The notes under the pieces are model-generated. The model did not search any database. It was not told where the DNA came from and worked only from the letters and a program-made list of their open reading frames with translations. Shown here one piece after another: positions 1 through 8,406 of a DNA stretch of 24,000 bases. This DNA comes from Falsibacillus albus (GTDB lineage Bacteria > Bacillota > Bacilli > Bacillales > DSM-25281). Numbering within the stretch: position 1 is the stretch's first letter; every line of letters starts with the position of its first letter. The stretch covers positions 501,046-525,045 of the forward strand of contig NZ_RCVZ01000001.1 of assembly GCF_003668575.1 (NCBI RefSeq), read 5' to 3'. The position numbers were made by a program, and so were the translations under genes.

Positions 1-274
1 GACAGAAACGACAGTGCGAGCTGCCTGGGAAGAAAGCCTGAAGGAAATATGGAAACTCACGGCCTTTAAACAAGGTGAGTATGAAGTGTTGCTGCAGTTT
101 GGCGAGAATTTAGGAAAACACGATTTAATCACCCAGCAGAAACAGATTGTATTGGCACTCACCCACCTTGAAAGGGAAGAACAAGAAGCGAGGGAAAAAC
201 AGCATAAATATGAAAAAATGGCAAAAAGTCTTGGTCTCATGTCCGGGTTATTGCTGATCATCTTACTTCTGTAA
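1..274 (+). CDS. spoIIIAB: Stage III sporulation protein SpoIIIAB, C-terminal part (5' truncated by window; frame begins at base 2)
   Basis: Open frame entering from the window edge, C-terminal hydrophobic segment GLMSGLLLIILLL, followed directly by spoIIIAC-AH in canonical order. Confidence 0.88.
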   Translation, partial: TETTVRAAWEESLKEIWKLTAFKQGEYEVLLQFGENLGKHDLITQQKQIVLALTHLEREEQEAREKQHKYEKMAKSLGLMSGLLLIILLL

Positions 275-297
275 AGGAAAATTTAGGAGGAACTAAT

Positions 298-504
298 ATG
301 GGGATTGATGTGGATGTCATTTTCAAAATCGCAGGAGTTGGAATCGTGGTGGCATTTTTACATACGATTCTCGATCAAGTTGGAAAAAAGGAATATGCAC
401 AGTGGGTGACTTTATTTGGATTTATTTACATTCTGTTCATGGTAGCTTCGATCGTGGATGATTTATTTCAAAAAATCAAGTCCGTCTTTTTATTTCAAGG
501 GTAG
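298..504 (+). CDS. spoIIIAC: Stage III sporulation protein SpoIIIAC
   Basis: 68 aa small membrane protein MGIDVDVIFKIAGVGIVVAFLHTILDQVGKKEYAQW...; upstream aggagg RBS; operon context. Confidence 0.95.
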   Translation: MGIDVDVIFKIAGVGIVVAFLHTILDQVGKKEYAQWVTLFGFIYILFMVASIVDDLFQKIKSVFLFQG

Positions 505-518
505 GGGAGGGCTTTGCG

Positions 519-911
519 ATTGAAATTATCCAAATTGTAGGAATTGCCCTTGTGACCACTTTTTTGGCCTTGATTGTCAAAGAACAAAAGCCCAATTTTG
601 CATTTTTATTAGTAGTATTTGTTGGCTGTGCGATTTTTCTGTTTTTAATTGATCAAATCTACCTCATTATCCGTATGATCGAAAAGATCGCCATCAATGC
701 CAACATCAATATGATTTATGTTGAGACGATTTTAAAAATTATCGGAATTGCCTATATAGCCGAATTTGCTTCTCATATTACAAAGGATGCCGGACAAGGG
801 GCCATTGCGGCAAAAGTGGAATTGGCGGGAAAGATCTTGATCCTGGCGATGGCTATCCCGATCTTGACCGTTCTGATTGAAACGGTGATAAACATGATAC
901 CAAAAGGATAG
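519..911 (+). CDS. spoIIIAD: Stage III sporulation protein SpoIIIAD (start uncertain; ATT at 519 proposed, ORF track begins at GTG 552)
   Basis: Translated product (M)EIIQIVGIALVTTFLALIVKEQKPNFAFLLVVFVGC... matches the SpoIIIAD family including its N-terminus; ggagg at 506-510 is 8 nt upstream of ATT 519. Confidence 0.87.
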   Translation: MEIIQIVGIALVTTFLALIVKEQKPNFAFLLVVFVGCAIFLFLIDQIYLIIRMIEKIAINANINMIYVETILKIIGIAYIAEFASHITKDAGQGAIAAKVELAGKILILAMAIPILTVLIETVINMIPKG

Positions 912-938
912 ACGCATTACTATGATGGGGTGAAATGA

Positions 939-2126
939 ATGCGGCAGTGGATGCAGATTATCTTTATCATTGCTCTTTTGTTTTTAACAGTTCCGAATCT
1001 TGTACAAGCTGCAGATGATCAACAAACAAGAAATATAGAGGATGAATTGGTCAGCCAACAGATGGATGACCTGGGGATTACAGAATTAAAAGGATACTGG
1101 CAAAATATCATCGATAAATATGGAGGATATCTTCCAGAAAGCCAAAAAGGCAGCTTGATCGATTTCATTAAAGGAGACAAAAAATTTTCTCTGAAGCAAT
1201 GGTTTTATGGAATCACCAAATACACATTTCAAGAATTGATACAAAATGGAAAGCTTCTCGGCTCCCTGATCATGCTGACCATATTCAGCATGTTTCTGCA
1301 ATCGCTGCAAAATGCATTTGATCAAGGGAATGTCAGCAAGGTAGCTTATGCCATCGTTTTCATGGTACTCATCATCATCGCCTTGAATTCATTTCATGTG
1401 GCGATTGATTATACACAGGATGCAATAAATACGATGATCCACTTCATCATTGCCTTGTTCCCCCTGCTTCTCGCATTGATTGCAACATCTGGTGGGGTGA
1501 CATCGGCAGCCTTTTTTCATCCGGTCATCATCCTGCTGATGAATACGAGCGGTTTATTGATTGAATACATCGTTTTGCCCCTGCTTTTCCTGGCGGCACT
1601 CCTGAGCATTGTCAGTACACTTTCCGAACAGCATAAAGTGACTCAATTGGCCCAGCTTCTCCGAAATTGGAGCATCGGGCTGCTGGGGGTATTCATGACC
1701 GTTTTCTTAGGGGTCATTTCAGTACAGGGAGCCACGTCTGCTGTAACCGATGGCATTACGATCAGAACGGCAAAATTCGTCACCGGCAATTTTGTTCCGG
1801 TCATTGGGAGGATGTTTACCGATGCTACGGACACAGTCATTTCGGCTTCAGTCCTTCTTAAAAATACAGTGGGCATCGCCGGGGTGGCAATCCTGCTCAT
1901 GATCGCAGCATTTCCAGCGATCAAAGTACTGGTGATTGCATTTGTTTATAAGCTTGCAGCAGCGCTTTTGCAGCCGGTTGGCGGGGGTCCTGTCATTGCA
2001 TGCTTGGACACAATCAGTAAAAGTGTCATCTATGTATTTGCAGCATTGGCTATTGTTTCGTTCATGTTCTTTCTGTGTGTGACGGTCATGATCGCTGCAG
2101 GGAATATAACCTTGATGATTCGATAA
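939..2126 (+). CDS. spoIIIAE: Stage III sporulation protein SpoIIIAE (polytopic membrane protein)
   Basis: 395 aa, signal-like N-terminus and multiple TM segments, family-typical GVISVQGATSAVTDGITIRTAKFVTGNFVPVIGRMFTDATDTV; operon position. Confidence 0.96.
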   Translation: MRQWMQIIFIIALLFLTVPNLVQAADDQQTRNIEDELVSQQMDDLGITELKGYWQNIIDKYGGYLPESQKGSLIDFIKGDKKFSLKQWFYGITKYTFQELIQNGKLLGSLIMLTIFSMFLQSLQNAFDQGNVSKVAYAIVFMVLIIIALNSFHVAIDYTQDAINTMIHFIIALFPLLLALIATSGGVTSAAFFHPVIILLMNTSGLLIEYIVLPLLFLAALLSIVSTLSEQHKVTQLAQLLRNWSIGLLGVFMTVFLGVISVQGATSAVTDGITIRTAKFVTGNFVPVIGRMFTDATDTVISASVLLKNTVGIAGVAILLMIAAFPAIKVLVIAFVYKLAAALLQPVGGGPVIACLDTISKSVIYVFAALAIVSFMFFLCVTVMIAAGNITLMIR

Positions 2127-2138
2127 GGGGGAGGAAAC

Positions 2139-2768
2139 ATGAGCTATCTCGTGCAATGGATTACGAACATTATATTATTCGTTCTTTTAACGGTCGTAAT
2201 GGACATGCTCCTCCCCAATTCATCTTTTAAGAAATATACAAAAATGGTAACGGGGCTCCTTTTGATCACCATCATTCTCACTCCGGTGCTTAGGTTCATT
2301 TCCAGTGACTTCGATCAAGTGTTCAATCAAATTTCAATAAAGGAGTCCGTGGGAAATTTTCAGGTAGAAAATTTAATAGAAAGTAAGAAAAAAGAAATAC
2401 AAGCATCACAACGTGCATATATTTTAGAACAAATGGCTGTCCAAATGAAAAAGGACGCAGAAGAGGAGATGATCGGCCAATTTGGAATAGGGATTGAGTC
2501 TATAAAGTTAAAGGTTAAACAAGGGGGAACAGATAGTTTTCCTGAAAATTTGGAAAAAATCACCGTTATGCTTGGAAAACCGCATGAGGCAGGTGTTGTT
2601 CAAGCGGTGAAGCCAGTATCCATTGACACCCGCGAAAACGATACGCAGCAGGTTAAGGATGAAAAGACAGAAAAAATGATAGACCTCTTGGCAAACAGAT
2701 GGAATCTAGACGCAAAAAGTATTCAAATTCAATTTGAAGGAGGGATCCAAACAAACGATGAGCGGTGA
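2139..2768 (+). CDS. spoIIIAF: Stage III sporulation protein SpoIIIAF
   Basis: 209 aa with two N-terminal TM segments (ILFVLLTVVMDMLLPNSSFKKYTKMVTGLLLITIILTPVL); operon position. Confidence 0.93.
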   Translation: MSYLVQWITNIILFVLLTVVMDMLLPNSSFKKYTKMVTGLLLITIILTPVLRFISSDFDQVFNQISIKESVGNFQVENLIESKKKEIQASQRAYILEQMAVQMKKDAEEEMIGQFGIGIESIKLKVKQGGTDSFPENLEKITVMLGKPHEAGVVQAVKPVSIDTRENDTQQVKDEKTEKMIDLLANRWNLDAKSIQIQFEGGIQTNDER

Positions 2769-3432
2769 AAAAGGACCAATCGACTGGTTGAAATCATTAT
2801 TGCTTACCAAAAGTGATTCTTCAAAGCCTTCTGGAAAGAAAATAGGCAAGCTTCAATATTTTCTGATCATCTTGATTTGTGGGATTGCCTTTATGCTGAT
2901 AAGCGATCTTTGGAGGTCAGGAAATGATCAAGCATCATCACCCGCCATGAAGCAAGCGCCTGAAAATGGAGGAAGCGTGGAGACCTTTGGCTCAAACAAG
3001 GATGACAAACCTAAAAGCATGGCTGACTATGAAAAACAATATGAAAACGAGCTTAAAGAAGCTCTCGATCAAATTGTAGGAGTCAGCAACGTGACGGTTG
3101 TCGTGAATGTAGAGGCATCCGAGCAAAAGGTATTTGAAAAGGATTCGAAAGCACAAAATCAAATTACAAATGAAACGGATCCAAAAGGCGGCGAGAGAAA
3201 AATAGAAGAACAAACAAAAGACGACCAGCTGGTGATCGTCAAAAACGGCGACAAAGAGGTTCCAATTGTGAAGGAAACGAGAAAACCAGAAATCAAGGGG
3301 GTTCTTGTAGTTGCAAATGGAGCTGATAATATACAAATCAAAAAATGGATCATTGAAGCGGTGACGCGTGTCTTGGATGTCCCAAGCCATCAGGTCGCCG
3401 TGATGCCAAAAAAATCAAAGGGGGATTCCTAA
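2758..3432 (+). CDS. spoIIIAG: Stage III sporulation protein SpoIIIAG
   Basis: MSGEKGPIDWLKSLL..., single TM, then family-typical region ELKEALDQIVGVSNVTVVVNVEASEQKVFEKD; ATG at 2758 chosen over TTG 2734 because gaaggaggg lies between them. Confidence 0.93.
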   Translation: MSGEKGPIDWLKSLLLTKSDSSKPSGKKIGKLQYFLIILICGIAFMLISDLWRSGNDQASSPAMKQAPENGGSVETFGSNKDDKPKSMADYEKQYENELKEALDQIVGVSNVTVVVNVEASEQKVFEKDSKAQNQITNETDPKGGERKIEEQTKDDQLVIVKNGDKEVPIVKETRKPEIKGVLVVANGADNIQIKKWIIEAVTRVLDVPSHQVAVMPKKSKGDS

Positions 3433-3975
3433 GTGTTACTAAAAAAACAAACTGTTTGGCTATTGACAATGTTAAGTCTAGTGGTAGTATTATCGGTTTA
3501 TTATGTCACATCACCAGAAACGAAGACTGCAGATCTTGCCGCTGTTGATAAGGGCAAGAAAACGAGTGAAAGTGCATCAGCATCCAATAAGAAAGACATG
3601 GATGTTGTGACAGATGCTGCAGGCGATGAAGTTTTCGAAGCATTACGTTTAGATGAACAAGATAAACGGAGTGAGCTGCGCCAGCAATTAACGGAAATGG
3701 TCGCTTCACCTGACTTAACAGCAGAGGAGAAAAATAAAGCATACGAACAAATGCAGCAGCTTACTGAATTGGAAACAAAGGAAAAAGTACTTGAAAGTCT
3801 GATCCAATCAATGGGCTATAAAGATGCGCTGGTTCGCGCTGATGGTGAAAAGGTGTTGATCACTGTTAAAGCAAATGAGCAATCCAAAAAAGCAGCAAAT
3901 CAAATCATCCAAAAAGTCGGCGATGAAATAGGAGAAATGCAGAAGGTTTCAGTAACATTCGAACCTGAAAAATAA
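3433..3975 (+). CDS. spoIIIAH: Stage III sporulation protein SpoIIIAH
   Basis: MLLKKQTVWLLTMLSLVVVLSVYYVTSP N-terminal TM and C-terminal ring-building domain; last gene of operon, followed by a terminator. Confidence 0.94.
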   Translation: MLLKKQTVWLLTMLSLVVVLSVYYVTSPETKTADLAAVDKGKKTSESASASNKKDMDVVTDAAGDEVFEALRLDEQDKRSELRQQLTEMVASPDLTAEEKNKAYEQMQQLTELETKEKVLESLIQSMGYKDALVRADGEKVLITVKANEQSKKAANQIIQKVGDEIGEMQKVSVTFEPEK

Positions 3976-3980
3976 TACAA

Positions 3981-4033
3981 AAGGAGTCATTCCATTAGCC
4001 AGCGAGTCTGGCCGGAATGACTCCTTTTTTTAA
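3981..4033 (+). terminator. Rho-independent terminator after spoIIIAH
   Basis: AAAGGAGTCATTCC (3981-3994) pairs perfectly with GGAATGACTCCTTT (4015-4028), followed by T tract. Confidence 0.93.
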
Positions 4034-4190
4034 ATGGCATATCCTAAAAGATAGTAGTCATCACTTTGGATTCATCCTATCATAACGATTGAAATGGAAA
4101 GTGCGATTCTCCATGATGTATTCGCTTTCAATGGACATCTGACCTCTTTAAAATGTATGATATGTTTAGGTAGGAAAAAGTGGTCTTACC

Positions 4191-4206
4191 AATTCAACGT
4201 TGAATT
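4191..4206. promoter_or_regulatory. 16-bp perfect palindrome overlapping the predicted -35 of accB promoter
   Basis: AATTCAAC|GTTGAATT. Confidence 0.45.
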
Positions 4207-4229
4207 TTTCATGTAAATTATCGTATGAT
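4200..4229 (+). promoter_or_regulatory. Candidate sigma-A promoter of accBC
   Basis: TTGAAT (4200-4205), 18-nt spacer, TATGAT (4224-4229). Confidence 0.75.
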
Positions 4230-4230
4230 A

Positions 4231-4249
4231 TTAGTAGCTAGTCATAATT
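4231..4249 (+). promoter_or_regulatory. Candidate FapR operator upstream of accB
   Basis: TTAGTAGCTAGTCATAATT, differs at 2 of 19 positions from the remembered Bacillus FapR consensus TTAGTACCTAGTCTTAATT; overlaps the predicted transcription start. Confidence 0.8.
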
Positions 4250-4269
4250 CAAGTTAGGAGATGTATCAA

Positions 4270-4773
4270 ATGTTAAAGGTTCAAGAAATTCGTGAGCTTA
4301 TTAAGCTAGTCGATCAATCGAGCATTGATGAATTCGTATATGAATATGAAGGTTCTAAAATAGAAATGAAAAAAAGAGGTGAGGCTGTCGTTGCCGCACA
4401 GCCAGTTCAACAAGCGGCTGCTCCAGCACCATCTGCACCACCGGCACCTGCTGCACCTGCCGCACCGGCGCCTGAGGCTCCAGCTGCAGCCGTTCAAGAA
4501 ACTGTTCAGCCAGCAGCAGAAGATGATGCCAATTTACATAAAATCACTTCCCCGATGGTGGGAACATTTTATGCTTCCCCATCACCTGATGCAGACCTTT
4601 ATGTGAAAACTGGATCAAGGGTTGGAGAAGATACGGTTGTCTGTATCGTTGAAGCGATGAAATTATTCAATGAAATCGAAGCGGAAGTGAATGGAGAAAT
4701 CGTAGAAATTTTAGTTAAAGATGGACAACTGGTAGAATATGGACAACCATTATTCTTAGTAAAGCCTGAGTAA
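4270..4773 (+). CDS. accB: Acetyl-CoA carboxylase biotin carboxyl carrier protein
   Basis: [28 protein letters not shown]..., Ala/Pro linker, biotinylation motif [13 protein letters not shown]; ggag 9 nt upstream of ATG 4270 (alternative ATG 4261). Confidence 0.97.
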   Translation: MLKVQEIRELIKLVDQSSIDEFVYEYEGSKIEMKKRGEAVVAAQPVQQAAAPAPSAPPAPAAPAAPAPEAPAAAVQETVQPAAEDDANLHKITSPMVGTFYASPSPDADLYVKTGSRVGEDTVVCIVEAMKLFNEIEAEVNGEIVEILVKDGQLVEYGQPLFLVKPE

Positions 4774-4786
4774 GGAGCGATTCTTT

Positions 4787-6139
4787 ATGATTAAAAAGCT
4801 ATTAATTGCAAATAGGGGAGAAATAGCGGTCCGCATCATCCGTGCAGCACGGGAGATGGGGGTAGAAACCGTTGCAGTATACTCCGAAGCAGATAAAGAG
4901 GCTCTTCATGTCCAAATTGCAGACGAAGCATACTGTATAGGACCAAAGACGTCAAAAGACAGCTACTTAAATTTCACAAATATCATCAGCGTTGCAAAAC
5001 TGACTGGATGTGAAGCGATTCATCCCGGATATGGATTCTTAGCGGAGAATGCAGATTTTGCTGAGCTCTGCAGGGACTGCAATATCACTTTTGTCGGCCC
5101 GAGCCCTGAAGCGATCTCCAAAATGGGTACAAAAGATGTGGCAAGGGAAACGATGCGTGAGGCAGGCGTCCCGATTGTGCCCGGTTCAAAGGGAATCGTG
5201 AAAGATATTGATGATGCGATTAAATTAGCCAATGAAATGGATTATCCCGTCATCATCAAAGCTACTGCCGGCGGTGGTGGAAAAGGGATCCGCGTGGCAA
5301 GGACCGAACAGGAATTAATTAAAGGAATCAACATTACACAGCAGGAGGCAATGACTGCATTTGGGAATCCTGGTGTGTATATAGAAAAGTACATTGAGGA
5401 TTTCAGACATGTAGAAATCCAAGTCATGGCAGACAACTATGGCAATGTCATCCACTTGGGTGAAAGGGATTGCTCCATCCAACGGAGACTTCAAAAGCTC
5501 TTGGAAGAAACACCGTCCCCCGCTTTGGATGGTGAAATGCGTGCTACGATGGGAGAAGCGGCTGTCAAGGCAGCAAAAGCAGTTGATTATTCCGGAGCTG
5601 GGACGGTAGAATTTATATATGACCATGTAAATCGTAAGTTTTACTTCATGGAAATGAACACGCGCATCCAGGTCGAGCATCCAGTCACAGAAATGGTCAC
5701 AGGCGTTGATTTGATCAAAGAAATGATCCGTGTGGCTTCCGGTGAAAAATTGTCATTGAAACAAGAAGAGGTAACGTTCAGTGGCTGGTCGATCGAATGC
5801 CGCATCAATGCAGAAAATCCGGAGAAGAACTTCATGCCGTCACCGGGCAAGATCGATATGTATCTCCCTCCCGGCGGCTTTGGTGTAAGGGTGGAATCGG
5901 CAGCATATCCAGGCTATTCAATCCCGCCGTATTATGATTCCATGATCGCCAAGCTCATTACCTATGGAGCTACTAGGGAAGAAGCCATCCAAAGAATGAG
6001 GCGTGCTCTCAGCGAATTTGTCATCGAAGGTATCCATACCACGATTCCTTTCCATTTGAAGTTATTGGAGCATGAAACGTTTGTAGGCGGGGATTTTAAT
6101 ACAAAGTTCCTCGAAAAGTACGATGTAATGAATACTTAA
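4787..6139 (+). CDS. accC: Acetyl-CoA carboxylase biotin carboxylase subunit
   Basis: [25 protein letters not shown]..., ATP-grasp GGGGKGIR, full-length 450 aa. Confidence 0.98.
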   Translation: MIKKLLIANRGEIAVRIIRAAREMGVETVAVYSEADKEALHVQIADEAYCIGPKTSKDSYLNFTNIISVAKLTGCEAIHPGYGFLAENADFAELCRDCNITFVGPSPEAISKMGTKDVARETMREAGVPIVPGSKGIVKDIDDAIKLANEMDYPVIIKATAGGGGKGIRVARTEQELIKGINITQQEAMTAFGNPGVYIEKYIEDFRHVEIQVMADNYGNVIHLGERDCSIQRRLQKLLEETPSPALDGEMRATMGEAAVKAAKAVDYSGAGTVEFIYDHVNRKFYFMEMNTRIQVEHPVTEMVTGVDLIKEMIRVASGEKLSLKQEEVTFSGWSIECRINAENPEKNFMPSPGKIDMYLPPGGFGVRVESAAYPGYSIPPYYDSMIAKLITYGATREEAIQRMRRALSEFVIEGIHTTIPFHLKLLEHETFVGGDFNTKFLEKYDVMNT

Positions 6140-6160
6140 TCTTCACTGGAGGTGTTGGAT

Positions 6161-6577
6161 ATGTCAGAAAATCAGATGAATAATGTTTTAGAAATGAATC
6201 AAGGAAACGATGGGCTCGGTAAAGTCGAGATTGCACCTGAAGTCATTGAAGTCATTGCAGGCATTGCTGCATCCGAAGTGGAAGGAGTTGCCCAAATGCG
6301 CGGCAACTTTGCTTCTGGCGTCGTAGAACGCTTAGGCAAAAAAAACCACGGAAAAGGCGTTAAGGTGGAGCTCTCGGAAGAAGGCATAAAAGTTGATGTC
6401 TTCTGCCTTATGAACTTCGGAGTCTCCATCCCGAACGTAGCCCAAGAAATACAGGATAACATTCGCCAGGCATTAATGAATATGACTGCACTGGAAGCGA
6501 ATGAAGTCAATATTCATGTAGTCGGAATTCAATTCGAAAACCAAAAACATGAAATCTATGACGAAACAGAAGAATAA
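6161..6577 (+). CDS. Asp23/Gls24 family envelope stress response protein (YqhY-like)
   Basis: LGKVEIAPEVIEVIAGIAASEVEGVAQMRG and VPNVAQEIQDNIRQALMNMTALEANEVNIHV; ggaggt 9 nt upstream of ATG 6161. Confidence 0.92.
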   Translation: MSENQMNNVLEMNQGNDGLGKVEIAPEVIEVIAGIAASEVEGVAQMRGNFASGVVERLGKKNHGKGVKVELSEEGIKVDVFCLMNFGVSIPNVAQEIQDNIRQALMNMTALEANEVNIHVVGIQFENQKHEIYDETEE

Positions 6578-6584
6578 GTGAAAC

Positions 6585-6620
6585 AAAATCCCAAAGGCCA
6601 ATTGGCCTTTGGGATTTTTA
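6585..6620 (+). terminator. Terminator after the accB-accC-asp23 operon
   Basis: 34-bp perfect inverted repeat AAAATCCCAAAGGCCAA/TTGGCCTTTGGGATTTT (6585-6618). Confidence 0.93.
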
Positions 6621-6685
6621 GTTTGAAGCTGGAGAATATTGGCGATTAGTCGGCATGGGACACGGGTACCCTAAGACATGAAAAA

Positions 6686-8173
6686 TTGATTGATTGTCGG
6701 GTGTTTAATGCTCTTGATATGTCAAGTTTGATTAAAAAGAAAGCAATGGAGCGTGAATGGCTCCTGTTGAGGAAGAGATGGGCTCGTAACGGTAGCAAAA
6801 GAGAGCATCTGATGCCCGTCAGAACCGAAACGGAAGCTGAAGGGAACCAGAATCGAGATCTGATGCCCGCCAGGAACGAAACGGAAGCTAAAGGGAATCA
6901 GAACCGAAATCTGGTGCCCGTCAGGAACGAAATGAAAGCTGAAGGGAACCAGAACCGAAATCTGATGCCCGCCAGAACCAAAACCGAAGCTAAAGGGAAT
7001 CAGAATCGAAATCTGATGCCCGCCAGAACCAAAACCGAAGCTAAAGGGAATCAGAACCGAAATCTGGTGCCCGTCAGAACCGAAACGGAAGCTAAAGGGA
7101 ATCAGAACCGAAATCTGATGCCCGTCAGGAACGAAACGGAAGCTAAAGGGAATCAGAACCGAAATCTGGTGCCCGTCAGGAACGAAACGGAAGCTGAAGG
7201 GAACCAGAATCGAGATCTGATGCCCGCCAGGAACGAAACGGAAGCTAAAGGGAATCAGAACCGAAATCTGGTGCCCGTCAGGAACGAAATGAAAGCTGAA
7301 GGGAACCAGAACCGAAATCTGATGCCCGCCAGAACCAAAACCGAAGCTAAAGGGAATCAGAATCGAAATCTGATGCCCGCCAGAACCAAAACCGAAGCTA
7401 AAGGGAATCAGAACCGAAATCTGGTGCCCGTCAGAACCGAAACGGAAGCTAAAGGGAATCAGAGTCGAAATCTGATGCCCGCCAGAACCAAAACCGAAGC
7501 TAAAGGGAATCAGAACCGAAATCTGGTGCCCGTCAGGAACGAAACGGAAGCTGAAGGGAACCAGAATCGAGATCTGGTGCCCGTCAGAACCGAAACGGAA
7601 GCTAAAGGGAATCAGAACCGAAATCTGATGCCCGTCAGGAACGAAACGGAAGCTAAAGGGAATCAGAACCGAAATCTGGTGCCCGTCAGGAACGAAACGG
7701 AAGCTGAAGGGAACCAGAATCGAGATCTGGTGCCCGTCAGAACCGAAACGGAAGCTAAAGGGAATCAGAACCGAAATCTGATGCCCGTCAGGAACGAAAC
7801 GGAAGCTAAAGGGAATCAGAACCGAAATCTGGTGCCCGTCAGGAACGAAACGGAAGCTGAAGGGAACCAGAATCGAGATCTGGTGCCCGTCAGAACGGAA
7901 ACCGAAGCTAACGGGAATCAGAATCGAAATCTGATGCCCGCCAGAACCAAAACCGAAGCTAAAGGGAATCAGAACCGAAATCTGGTGCCCGTCAGGAACG
8001 AAACGGAAGCTAAAGGGAATCAGAATCGAGATCTGGTGCCCGTCAGAACCGAAACGGAAGCTAAAGGGAATCAGAACCGAAATCTGGTGCCCGTCAGGAA
8101 CGAAACGGAAGCTAAAGGGAATCAGGATGGCATTACGCTTTCCATTGCAGATGGCCTCCTTCTTTTATGTTGA
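6686..8173 (+). CDS. Repetitive 495-codon open frame, coding status doubtful
   Basis: Uninterrupted frame, but TTG start without a convincing Shine-Dalgarno; almost the entire length consists of 17-aa repeats encoded by the 51-bp array, whose unit length alone would preserve the frame. Confidence 0.3.
   Translation: MIDCRVFNALDMSSLIKKKAMEREWLLLRKRWARNGSKREHLMPVRTETEAEGNQNRDLMPARNETEAKGNQNRNLVPVRNEMKAEGNQNRNLMPARTKTEAKGNQNRNLMPARTKTEAKGNQNRNLVPVRTETEAKGNQNRNLMPVRNETEAKGNQNRNLVPVRNETEAEGNQNRDLMPARNETEAKGNQNRNLVPVRNEMKAEGNQNRNLMPARTKTEAKGNQNRNLMPARTKTEAKGNQNRNLVPVRTETEAKGNQSRNLMPARTKTEAKGNQNRNLVPVRNETEAEGNQNRDLVPVRTETEAKGNQNRNLMPVRNETEAKGNQNRNLVPVRNETEAEGNQNRDLVPVRTETEAKGNQNRNLMPVRNETEAKGNQNRNLVPVRNETEAEGNQNRDLVPVRTETEANGNQNRNLMPARTKTEAKGNQNRNLVPVRNETEAKGNQNRDLVPVRTETEAKGNQNRNLVPVRNETEAKGNQDGITLSIADGLLLLC
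6812..8126 (+). repeat. Tandem repeat array, 51-bp unit, about 25.8 copies (25 full plus a 39-bp partial)
   Basis: Representative unit GTGCCCGTCAGGAACGAAACGGAAGCTAAAGGGAATCAGAACCGAAATCTG; copy boundaries at 6812+51n counted from the translation. Confidence 0.98.
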
Positions 8174-8406
8174 CGATGAGGAGTTACAGCCGACGTACAG
8201 GCGTTGAAAGACCATCCAGGTATTCCCACTTTTCCTCATGCAAATCCTCTAGAAAAAACAGCTGCCTTTATAAAGTGTCCTTACAAATAAAGACTTTTCA
8301 AAAAGTGAGAATAGTTCTTTTATTGAAATATCCGTGCGTTGGTTCCTATGTTTATGCTATTATCTTGTTATGAACTCGAGATTATTCTAAAAGGAGTATT
8401 GAAATA

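Noticed and set aside
4379-4606. Ala/Pro-rich low-complexity stretch of AccB and the Leu/His-rich alternate frame ORF
   Set aside because: Normal flexible BCCP linker; the alternate frame is a by-product of its codon repetition.
5315-5680. 121-aa minus-strand ORF inside accC (and similar antisense ORFs in spoIIIAE, spo0A, dxs, recN, xseA, fapA)
   Set aside because: Shadow frames of strongly conserved sense genes, with no RBS or family signature.
6812-8126. CRISPR array
   Set aside because: Repeats are contiguous 51-bp units with no unique spacers and no cas genes in view.
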